DNA of 63,428 bases, the filler included, from Octopus bimaculoides (Eukaryota), in the NCBI RefSeq assembly GCF_001194135.2. It is 4 parts of 4 records of this genome, joined end to end, with 100 filler letters (N's around TTAATTAATTAA, not from the genome) between each part and the next. Parts side by side here need not be neighbours in the genome. Positions count along the whole stretch, not along the records: positions 1 to 31,896 come from NC_068983.1; 3 more parts are not named here. One strand, given 5' to 3'. Positions 1-11,672 of this stretch are shown here, in pieces; position 1 is the first letter of the stretch; the number at the start of each line of letters is the position of its first letter. The translations under genes were made by a program, and so were the position numbers. Under the pieces are notes generated by a model. It did not search any database. It worked only from the letters and a program-made list of their open reading frames with translations, and was not told the DNA's origin.

Positions 1-134
1 TATATGGATATATATATATGTATATGGATATATATATATATGTATATATATATGTATATATATGTATATATATATGTGTATGTATATATAATGTCTGTGT
101 ATGTGTGCTACTTAGCACACAGCCACTTCTGCGC

Positions 135-179
<45 letters not shown>

Positions 180-189
180 NNNNNNNNNN

Positions 190-235
<46 letters not shown>

Positions 236-295
236 AAATGTATGTGAATATATGCATATGTGTGTATGTATATACCGGTATGTATATATATGTAT

Positions 296-606
296 ATTAG
301 TGGCTAGGGCATTCGGCTCCCGATCGTAAGGTCGTGAGTTCAATTCCAGTCCACGCGTTGTGTCGACTGGAAGCAAGACACTTTATTTCACGTTGCTCCT
401 GGCCACTCACCTGGCAAAAAGGAGTAGTAGCTGTATTTCAGAGGGCCAGCCCTGTCACACTCTGTGTCACGCTGAATCTCTCTGGGAACTGCGTTAACAG
501 TACACGTGTCGGTAGAGTACTCAGCCACTTGCACGTTAATTTCACAAGCAAGCTCAGTCGATCGTATCAGCTGGTACCCGCGTCGTCGTAAACGACAGAG
601 TGCTCC
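296..606 (+). mobile_element. tRNA-derived SINE family C (core ...GAGCAAGACACTTTATTTCACGTTGCTCC...)
   Basis: A- and B-box-like head. Related copies at about 28565-28740 (+), 47390-47910 (-), 52920-53220 (-) and 54400-54630 (-). Confidence 0.75.
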
Positions 607-764
607 ATAAAGACGTATGTATGTATGTATGTATGTATGTATGTATGTATGTATGTATGTATGTATGTATGTATGTGTGTATGTATGCGTGTATGTATGT
701 ATGTGTGTATGTATGTATCTATCTATCTATATTTATGCGCGCGCGTGTATAAACTTTGTTACTC

Positions 765-1137
765 TTTTATTCTTTTACTTGTTTCAGTCATTTGACTGCG
801 GCCATGCTAGAGCACTGCCTTTAGTCGAACAAATCGACCCCAGGACTTATTCTTTGGGAGCCTAGTACTTTTGCCGAACCGATACGTTACGGGGACGTAA
901 ACACACCAGCATCGGTCGTCAAGCGATGTTGAGGGGACAAACACAGACACACAAACACCCACACACATGTATATACATATACATATATATATGACGAGCT
1001 TCTTTCAGTTTCCGTCTACCAAATCCACTCACAGGGCTTTGGTTGGCCCAAAGGCTATAGTAGAAGACACTTGCCCAAGGGACTGAACCCGGAACCATGT
1101 GGCTCGTAAGCAAGCTACTTACCACACAGCCACTCCT
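765..1137 (-). mobile_element. tRNA-derived SINE family B (core CCTTGGGCAAGTGTCTTCTACTATAGC)
   Basis: A- and B-box-like head and an internal (TG/TA)n. Related copies at 3511-3629, 5581-5680, 11262-11497, 12383-12745, 47940-48030, 48715-49090 and 55795-56110. Confidence 0.8.
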
Positions 1138-2910
1138 AATATATATTATATATATAATTATTATATTACATATATTATACATATTATAAATTATATATAT
1201 TATATATTAATTATATATATATATATATATATATATCATGTATTATATCATATATATGATATGTATTATATGTATATAATATATATTATATATATATAAT
1301 ATATTTATATATTACATATATATTTTACATATATTTATATTATATATATATTATATATTATATATATTATATATCATAAATATTGTATATATGTATTATA
1401 TATGTTATATATATATTATATATTATATATATATATTATATATTATACATGTTATATATATATTATATATATTATATATCTATATTATATATATATTATA
1501 TATATATTATACAGTATATGTATTATATATATTATATATTATTTATTGTATATTATATATATTGTATATTATATATACTTTATATTATATATCATATATG
1601 TATATGTTATATATATTATACATAATATATATTATATATATTACACATAATATATATTATATATATTATACATGATAAATATTATATATCATATATATAT
1701 ATATTTATGTATATATTATATACATGTATATTANNNNNNNNNNNNNNNNNNNNNNNNNNNNNNNNNNNNNNNNNNNNNNNNNNNNNNNNNNNNNNNNNNN
1801 NNNNNNNNNNNNNNNNNNNNNNNNNNNNNNNNNNNNNNNNNNNNNNNNNNNNNNNNNNNNNNNNNNNNNNNNNNNNNNNNNNNNNNNNNNNNNNNNNNNN
1901 NNNNNNNNNNNNNNNNNNNNNNNNNNNNNNNNNNNNNNNNNNNNNNNNNNNNNNNNNNNNNNNNNNNNNNNNNNNNNNNNNNNNNNNNNNNNNNNNNNNN
2001 NNNNNNNNNNNNNNNNNNNNNNNNNNNNNNNNNNNNNNNNNNNNNNNNNNNNNNNNNNNNNNNNNNNNNNNNNNNNNNNNNNNNNNNNNNNNNNNNNNNN
2101 NNNNNNNNNNNNNNNNNNNNNNNNNNNNNNNNNNNNNNNNNNNNNNNNNNNNNNNNNNNNNNNNNNNNNNNNNNNNNNNNNNNNNNNNNNNNNNNNNNNN
2201 NNNNNNNNNNNNNNNNNNNNNNNNNNNNNNNNNNNNNNNNNNNNNNNNNNNNNNNNNNNNNNNNNNNNNNNNNNNNNNNNNNNNNNNNNNNNNNNNNNNN
2301 NNNNNNNNNNNNNNNNNNNNNNNNNNNNNNNNNNNNNNNNNNNNNNNNNNNNNNNNNNNNNNNNNNNNNNNNNNNNNNNNNNNNNNNNNNNNNNNNNNNN
2401 NNNNNNNNNNNNNNNNNNNNNNNNNNNNNNNNNNNNNNNNNNNNNNNNNNNNNNNNNNNNNNNNNNNNNNNNNNNNNNNGTAAACAACAAAAGGATGTAT
2501 TAGTTTAACGCTCGGGAATAGAGAAAGTCTTTAACGTTTCGAGCTACGCTCTTCAACAGAAAGAAATAAGGAGAAAAACAAAGAGAAAAAAAATTTAAAT
2601 GTCGTGGTCAGCGATCTATCACTTACGTATACATATATTATATATGTGTGTATACATATGACACATATGTATACATATATACGTATATATATATGCATAT
2701 GTATACATATATACGTATATAAATATGCATATGTATACATATATACGTATATACGTATATACTTATATACATATATACGTATATATATATGTATATGTAT
2801 ACATATATGATATATATATATATATATATACATATGTATATATGTATATGTTTGCATGTATGTTTGTATGTATCTATATTTGCGCGTGTGTGTATGTATA
2901 TGTAAATGTA

Positions 2911-2979
<69 letters not shown>

Positions 2980-3365
2980 ATATATACACACAAACACTCG
3001 CTTATATGTCTGTGTGTGTTTCATTACACACACACCACAGACATGGTCAGAGTGAACCTTGTACTTGAAAAACTTGGTATTGTTTTAATTGTCTCTTTTC
3101 AGTGGGTCAGTTGGTTTTGAGAGCAAACAGCTGTAATACTTGACCTCTTGTATAATAACTTCTCAAAGCTATTACTGATTTCCCTTCATCCCAGAGTTAA
3201 GGAATTTGAACTCAGTATGCATAGAACCTAAATAAATACTAGACGACATCGTTTCTGACATCCAAACATTATGCCAATCCCACGTCCTGAACTGATGCTT
3301 CATTTATTGATCTCCATGTGTATACATCATATATATGTATACTATTTTAAACACACGCGCGCGCG

Positions 3366-3429
<64 letters not shown>

Positions 3430-3465
3430 TAGCCGCAGGTATGGCTGTATGGTAANNNNNNNNNN

Positions 3466-3505
<40 letters not shown>

Positions 3506-5057
3506 TAGCCGCAGGTATGGCTGTATGGTAAGAAGCTTGCTTCCCAACCACATGGTTCCGGGTTCTGTCCCTCTGCTTGGCACCTTGGGCAAGTGTCTTC
3601 TACTATAGCATCGGGCCGACTAAAGCCTTAGCGTTTCGGAAAAACATGCATATGCACACACGCAAATACACACGAACATGTTTGTACAAGTGTCGAACAA
3701 ATTCAGTTGCAGGATATAGATATAAAATAAGCAAACTGCACCGGTTGTTGACCGGTGTTAACATAATACGAATATGGTCACAGACATACATACGCATACA
3801 TTTTACACAGAATTTCATACATTATACACAAAAATTCATACATTGTGTGTATATGTGTGTGCATTGTGTAGTGGAGCCCTTGTTCGGGAGTTCAAGTGTT
3901 TTAAAGAGTAGAGAACAATCTTTTATCCACTATTGCTCCCAGGTCCACTTCGACCTTGAATAACAGCACCTATTAGAGTCCCAGTTATGGCTTAACTAAC
4001 ATATAAACTACTGGGAGTGAAGGACACCTACTGCTCGTTAGAATGCCCTTATAAGAGATGGTAAACTCGAATAAAAATCAGGAGTGCATTTCGTTTCCGT
4101 TCGTCTAAACCTCTGTTGTGCCAATAGTGTTAAGCTGACTGCGCTGAAAAGTGGGTTCAGTTTTGTGCAACAGCTTATACTTTCAAAACAAATGACAGAA
4201 CCGAAAGCATGTGGTTGGGAAGCAAGCTCCGTTCACTTCACTGTGACCCTGTCATTTTTCTCGCCCCTCCTTAATTCTTCTGTCCCTCTGCCTCTACCTC
4301 CCTCTCTTCTCTCCCCACGTGACCGGTGTTCGGCCGAGACTGATCTTTCTTTCTTAGTACAGCCGTCATCCGTGCAACACTTATATTCCTCCCTGTGTCT
4401 GTGAAATCTTATATCCCTGTCGTAAGGCTTTATTTCCACACACGCCAGCTTAATTTAATTCGTCCTTAGTCGAAAGACACCTGTNNNNNNNNNNNNNNNN
4501 NNNNNNNNNNNNNNNNNNNNNNNNNNNNNNNNNNNNNNNNNNNNNNNNNNNNNNNNNNNNNNNNNNNNNNNNNNNNNNNNNNNNNNNNNNNNNNNNNNNN
4601 NNNNNNNNNNNNNNNNNNNNNNNNNNNNNNNNNNNNNNNNNNNNNNNNNNNNNNNNNNNNNNNNNNNNNNNNNNNNNNNNNNNNNNNNNNNNNNNNNNNN
4701 NNNNNNNNNNNNNNNNNNNNNNNNNNNNNNNNNNNNNNNNNNNNNNNNNNNNNNNNNNNNNNNNNNNNNNNNNNNNNNNNNNNNNNNNNNNNNNNNNNNN
4801 NNNNNNNNNNNNNNNNNNNNNNNNNNNNNNNNNNNNNNNNNNNNNNNNNNNNNNNNNNNNNNNNNNNNNNNNNNNNNNNNNNNNNNNNNNNNNNNNNNNN
4901 NNNNNNNNNNNNNNNNNNNNNNNNNNNNNNNNNNNNNNNNNNNNNNNNNNNNNNNNNNNNNNNNNNNNNNNNNNNNNNNNNNNNNNNNNNNNNNNNNNNN
5001 NNNNNNNNNNNNNNNNNNNNNNNNNNNNNNNNNNNNNNNNNNNNNNNNNNNNNNNNC

Positions 5058-5580
5058 TTGTAGTGATGATGGTGGAGGATATCGACTCCTTACTTGTTTT
5101 TCTAAAATGCACCATAAATGTTCAATAATATTGAGATCTGGGGACTGTGGTGGCCAGATAAAATGTTCAACTTCACTAGAATGTTCCTCGTGCCATTCAG
5201 TAACAACTTTAGCTGTGTGAATTGCTGCATTATCATCCTGAAAAATTGCGTTTCCCTCCGGAAACAATTCCGCAACCATAAGATGAATTTGATCAGATAA
5301 AATGCTTAAATAGTCTTGACTATTAATTCTGCCATGAAGGGAAACCATTGGGCCGGCAGACTTCCAAAATATAGCCCCCCCCACCCAGATCATCACAGAT
5401 CTTCCTCCATGTTTAACAATTAAAAGAATGCAGTTTGTGTCAAGTGCTTCTTTTGGCTGTCTCCACACGTATACTCGGCCGGTGATCAGAAATAAGGTAA
5501 AGGATGACTCGTCCGAGAAAATAACATTCTTCCTCTGTTCTAGGGACCAATTCTATAGGTTTTTACACCACTCTAAACGC
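5058..5580 (-). mobile_element. Tc1/mariner (DD34E) transposase remnant
   Basis: VIFSDES...VKHGG.SVMIW...FQDDNAAIH...WPPQSPDLNIIEHLW motifs. Truncated by a SINE at 5581 and by an N gap. Confidence 0.92.
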
Positions 5581-5782
5581 TATAGTAGAAGACACTTGCC
5601 CGAGGTGTCACGCAGTGGGACGGAACCTGGAACCATGTGGTTGGTAAACAATCTACTTACCACACAGCCACTCCTGCGCCTAATATATATACATATATAT
5701 TTTGTTTTGTAGTTTCAGCACAGAACTGCGGCCGTGCTGGGGCACCGCCATTTTGCTACACTGTTATTATTGAAAGCCTCCG

Positions 5783-6200
5783 CTAATATATGGCATTTGG
5801 TGAATACGTGTTTGATGTCGATACCTTCATTTGCTCCTCTTGCCGCGAAGTAGGTTCATCTGGGCCTCTCGACAGGAAGAGGTCCAGTTTTGATTTGAAA
5901 ACACCTACATCTACTTTGTGTAGGTCCCTCAGGCTCTTTGGGAGAATATTAAAAAGCTGTTGGCCCCTGAAACCTAAGCTATTGCAGTAACTAGTCCAGA
6001 ACAGTTCCCTGGGGGACACCACTTAGGATTTGGATTTTCCCAGAAAGGAAGTCATGCAGCAACTCTCCCACTTTACCAGCAATGCTAACGTCTCGTAGCT
6101 TATGACTTATCGTGCCATGATCTACCTTATCAAATGCCTTTGCGAAGTCAAGGTATATCACACTGACATCTGAATGGTCAAGCAGCTTTTTAAGTTACAC
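5783..6200 (-). mobile_element. CR1/L2-type LINE remnant with large internal deletions
   Basis: RT motifs VIYLDFAKAFDKVDHG and SGVPQGTVL are joined directly to an ORF2 C-terminus (LFNILPKSLRDL...FKSKLDLFL...PDEP). Confidence 0.8.
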
Positions 6201-6360
6201 TTCGGCAACATGTGCTTTTACAGAATAATATTCAGCACTGAATATATTCTAATTATTTATAATATAATGTAAGGATAAAATCTTTATAAGAATTTATCAA
6301 GTAGTCAGCGTGAAAAAAACCTCATAAGGAAAAAAAAACCATCATTTTTTTCCATAAATA

Positions 6361-6729
6361 TATATAATTTAATTTATATAAGGGCATTACTATACAATAA
6401 TGCCTCTTCATGGATATATAAGGATGAACAATCGTCATTGTACTGTGTTGGGTACATCAGGGTATGTTGATTTTAGTTTATTCCTTATGTGTTTTGACCA
6501 TACGTGCACTGATGAATAAAAGATGCAGCTTACTGCATAATTTTGCTGTGTTAATTATGAAACCATTGGTATGCCGTTAAGTTAAAAGTTTTTAGGAGGT
6601 TAGCTTTGAAAGTTGCATTCTCTCGCGATCGGTAAAAATGTGCTTATTTTGGTAGTTTTGACTTATGAAGTCCCTCTAAGCGTGAGGCATTATTGTATAG
6701 TAATGCCCTTATATAAATTAAATTATATA
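6361..6729. mobile_element. MITE (369 bp) with perfect 46-bp terminal inverted repeats
   Basis: 6361-6406 is the exact reverse complement of 6684-6729. TA-rich ends and no coding capacity. Confidence 0.85.
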
Positions 6730-7299
6730 GTTATGTTATGCTCTGTTACTGAAGGGTAGTTGGCAGCAAAACACTGATTACTTGACAACAAAAGATTCTG
6801 GTAAGCTAAGTGCGTAATACTAAATCTAGGCTACGACAGATAGATAGGATATTCTTGAAGCCGAAGATTTTAAATTTATGGAGACAATATTTACATACCA
6901 CCTGAAGAAATACAACTAGATCTCATAATGCATGGAAACAGTTGCATAATCAAGTACCTGCATACCTGGAGAACTACCATGCGTCGAAACAATTGTAGTG
7001 ATTAGAAAATAAATGTCCAACCATGCTTGTTGGCTCCAATTTCTTCAACAGGGTGCGATGAGTAAATTGTTGCCATTTTATGTTTTTAATTTGCCACATG
7101 CACATTGTTGTTTTTGAGTTTGTTGACTACATAGTATAGTAGGGTCAGCTGGGAACCGTCTGTGAGAAAAACAGCATCCTTACGCAATTCACTCTGCCAT
7201 AAATTTGGAAACAACATGCTGTACTGCTTGGCATTAGTGCGGAACATTTCAAAGTGTTTGGGTGTCAATCTGAAGATAAGTACCGAGAGTGATAAAAAT

Positions 7300-7360
<61 letters not shown>

Positions 7361-7362
<2 letters not shown>

Positions 7363-7440
7363 CTCTAATGAAGCTATAAGGTGTTACTCAGTCACTCAAT
7401 TATGAGTCAAGGGTATTTTATAGTAGAAACAGCTGTAAGC
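7361..7440 (+). ncRNA. Degenerate hammerhead-like motif of a different family
   Basis: GGCT-CTAATGA-AG-CTATAA..(long loop)..TTATAG-TA-GAAACAGCTGTA/AGC. Stem III is palindromic (ACAGCTGT), the triplet is GUA and stem I is GCT/AGC, but the core has a G5A change. Confidence 0.4.
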
Positions 7441-10062
7441 TAATGACGTTCATAAGATAATCGTTTATTATCATCTCATTTTCTTATTATCGCTCTGTAC
7501 TTGACTAACGCTTCGTTCTGAAGTATATGTGTATTGTGTTCTACACCAAGTTATTCATCTCGCAATGCCTAAGCGATGTATATAATAGAAACGTATTCAA
7601 ATTGTTTGTTATGAAACAGTTTGGTTCTTTGATTAAAAACATTTTTAAGAAATGTCATGTCCTTGTATGCTCTCCATATACATTGTAGTTAAATGTCGCT
7701 GTAGCAATATTATATATATATTCAATAATAGATATGTGTGAAACTGCAAATACACTTAATACATTGAGTGTATATGCATATATTTTTTTAATGTATAAAT
7801 ATATACATTTGATATTTCGAATAAATTATAACAAGTATCTACTTTACTTTCACCTTTCTGTGGTCAATACATTAAATTTCATCAATATACTTCTGAAGTT
7901 TTTTGACTGAGAACTTCCTTCCACAAAAGTTAGTTAGCCCTGTATTTATAGGACAAAGTATCCAATGATCCGTATTTATGCTCAGGTTTTGAAATCCTTG
8001 TTATATTCACGCTGTAGTTATTTGCATCAGCACAGCCTTTGAGAAAAGCATGAATGTTACTCGACCTTAATCTTCTTTCTGTATATTGTTAATTTATATA
8101 CACAATAGGAACGATATTAACCATTTGTCCGTCCCGTGTGTCACATGTGATTCTCTGGCTGTACGCATCCATATATACAATATGATGCTCTTTTCAAGAG
8201 TAACTTGGGGCTTATGAATGGAAAGCTTTATATTATTCAGAACATGTGAAAACAAGGCTAACTAAAAAATCTGAAAAAAAAAAAAAAGCATGAATGTTTA
8301 GGACAAACTTATGAATATGGTTTGGACTGGCAAAGGATTAAAAAATTAATATGCTATCTGTTTGAACAGCACAGTGTTAACGGCCAACTAATCCACATCA
8401 TTTAATTGAAAGGGATTTTTATACTATTAAAGTAAAGAAGTTCAGTTCTTTTACACAGGTTCGATTTCTGATACATTTTCTGATTTCTGATACGATTACA
8501 ATCAATTGTTACAATCAATTGTTTGGGTAAGATAGGTTCTGTCAGGTTGAGTTTTACTTGAAACAACCACACACAAAGACAATGTCGCCTCTGTGAACCT
8601 AACAAGCGTTTAGGATTATTTAATTCACTTTCATTATACAATTGACAAAAAGTGCAGTGGATGCAGACGATATCAGGCTCACAGTTTGAGTTTATATCAC
8701 ACAGTATTTTGTTATACCTCTACATAAACTAACAGGGAGGCCTCTATGTTGATCGTTTTTATAGAAACAGCAGTTAGATCTACCAAATTATAACCCTCAC
8801 CTTGTAAAAAGAAAAGAACACATTGAAATAGTGTAGTCCTGACATACTGCCTAAAAACAAGATGGAATAGGTACGGCTGGAAAGTCTTCGATAATAAATG
8901 CTCTAGCAAGGTGGATTTGGAGCGAAACGGCGACAACGACATGAGAACCAACGAGACTATCTTTATTAGCCTGCTAGGAATAGTTGCCAAATTGTCTTTA
9001 AATTACAACCTCCTAGTGTAAGACACACCGTCTGAGAAAAAAAATTGGGATACTCACGATTTGAATACCTTTCGATGATTTGTTATTTCTATAAGAGATG
9101 TTACAGAACAATAAAACTAAGCAATATCTACCATTACCACTACCACCGCCACAGCAGCACCAGCACTAGCACCAGCACCAGCACCAGCACCACCACCACA
9201 ACAACAGCAACAATATAAGTTATAAGGCTTTGGAGTTGGACCAGCACCCTAAACGTGGATTTAAAGCTATGTAATATATTCACCAACTTGCATTCTTGAA
9301 GCAAAATGCTTTTCATCCAATGAATAATTATAGTTTCAACCAGTTCTAGAGGAGTCGATAAGTTAGTGAACTGATTATTCAAAGATGGCGTGTTCGAATT
9401 GTAATCGTAAATTTCCTACGCTTGTCTGGACTGGATTCTTAATTGTCTCAGTCAATTTAGTCATTGCGATTGTCATCTGCTATAAATAGACAATCTAAAT
9501 CAGATTAAATCAGCACCTTTATTGAATTCTAGCATTTTAAGGAAAAGGATTAGATTCTAAACGTTGCTTCACAATAAAATGAGTTTTTTTTCTTTAGGTT
9601 TCAAGTCAAACGTTGAAAGATTTCTATTTCTGACCTTCATTTTCTCGTCTCTGGAAATATGAGACGCTAAGCTGACCGGGGTGATATTTGTCTTAGAACG
9701 TAGAAGGACAAAAGTAATTATTGATTAGTAACATTATCAATAATTTTATTCATCAATACATACATACATACATACATTTTAATCTGTCGGCTCGGTATAA
9801 AACCGTCACTCGGGTACCTTTAGCGGATTCCACGCTCTTGCAAGCATTTGGGTCAAGTCTTTGGTTTGAGGATATCTTTCCCCAATTCCCCTTACTAGTC
9901 TCAGGAGGCCCAATGAACAATCAAGGACATTACCCTTCAGTCCCGATTCTGTTAAAAAAAGACACTGTTTTCTAGACATATTATGGGTTTTCAAAAATAA
10001 TATATAATGTTGCTTGTTATTTAGATAAATATATATACAAGCATAGAGATATATACAAATTC

Positions 10063-10156
<94 letters not shown>

Positions 10157-10214
10157 GCATAATTGAACTATATCACACACATGTACATACACATATGCAT
10201 ATGTATACGGTACA

Positions 10215-10257
<43 letters not shown>

Positions 10258-10860
10258 ACACACACAGACCCACACACACAGACACACACACACACACACA
10301 CACTTGAGTATGTGTATGTGTGTGTGTTTAGAAGATATATTCATAACTACACACATACAGATGTACTCATACACATGTATATATAAATACAAATACATAT
10401 TTATAAATACGTATATATCATGTATATATACTAAATATATAATGTATACATGTAATAAAGGGATATATAGAGCTTTGTAATATATATACATNNNNNNNNN
10501 NNNNNNNNNNNNNNNNNNNNNNNNNNNNNNNNNNNNNNNNNNNNNNNNNNNNNNNNNNNNNNNNNNNNNNNNNNNNNNNNNNNNNNNNNNNNNNNNNNNN
10601 NNNNNNNNNNNNNNNNNNNNNNNNNNNNNNNNNNNNNNNNNNNNNNNNTATATATATACATATATGCACACACATATATTCTGTACACTAAATTATAAAT
10701 ATATATACGCATACACACATAATATGCATAATTTATATAAGTATATAATATATACACATACATGCATACACACAGACACCCAGCCACAAACACACACACA
10801 TACGCACACTCATGTTTGTGTGTATGTATGTATGTATGTATGTGAGTGTGTGTTACTATG
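10063..10860. repeat. (TCTA)n(TCTG)n, (CA)n and (TA)n microsatellite cluster
   Basis: Visible directly. Confidence 0.92.
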
Positions 10861-11636
10861 TGTTCTTCGTGGCAGTAAGTAAAGCATCTCTGTTAATGGA
10901 CTATGTGTTTCCATCTACATTTGTCTAAATATTTCACTGAAAATTTCCTCTTCAAGTAGTATATCAATGGAAGTTAGCCTAAAAGAATTCATCCCTATTC
11001 AGCTGCACCAATTGCCTCAATTCTCTTGCTTATAGTGACGAGTTTTATCGCCGTGTGGCACCGTCTATGTATCAGCAGGTGAACTAAAGAGAGCAAGAGT
11101 TTAAGTGTCTCAGCTAGAAGACACTCAAGAGCCAGTGATATGCTACGATTTAAGTGATATCCCTGTAACATCGACTCAATTAGCTGTCTCTTTGTACAGA
11201 GGGATAAAGTTTCTTCTGAATAGATTATCAAAGTAAAAGAAGCTCGATTGGAAGACATATCTTTTATCTTTTACTTGTGGCTATGCTGGGGTACCGCATT
11301 GAATGGTTTAGTCGAACAAATCGACTGCAATATTTATTTTTTAAAATCTGGTATTCTTTTGCTGAACCACTAAGTTAATAAACCAACACCAATTGTAAAG
11401 CGGTGTTGGGGGAAACTCACACACACGCAAACACATACGCGCACACATATACGACGAGGTCTTTCATTTTCCGTCTACCAAACCCACTCACAAGAGTTGA
11501 TATACATACATANNNNNNNNNNNNNNNNNNNNNNNNNNNNNNNNNNNNNNNNNNNNNNNNNNNNNNNNNNNNNNNNNNNNNNNNNNNNNNNNNNNNNNNN
11601 NNNNNNNNNNNNNNNNNNNNNNNNNNNNNNNNNNNN

Positions 11637-11672
<36 letters not shown>

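Larger units (their letters stand above)
1..3035. repeat. Cluster of (TA)n, (CA)n and (TATG)n microsatellites and degenerate AT-only low-complexity DNA, interleaved with SINEs
   Basis: Visible directly at 1-300, 615-720, 1138-1733 and 2625-3035. Confidence 0.95.

Noticed and set aside
3424-3531. Direct duplications flanking 10-N gaps (also 56680-56775 and 61856-62100) and a larger gap (58196-58640)
   Set aside because: Typical unmerged overlapping contig ends, so assembly artefacts rather than biological duplications.
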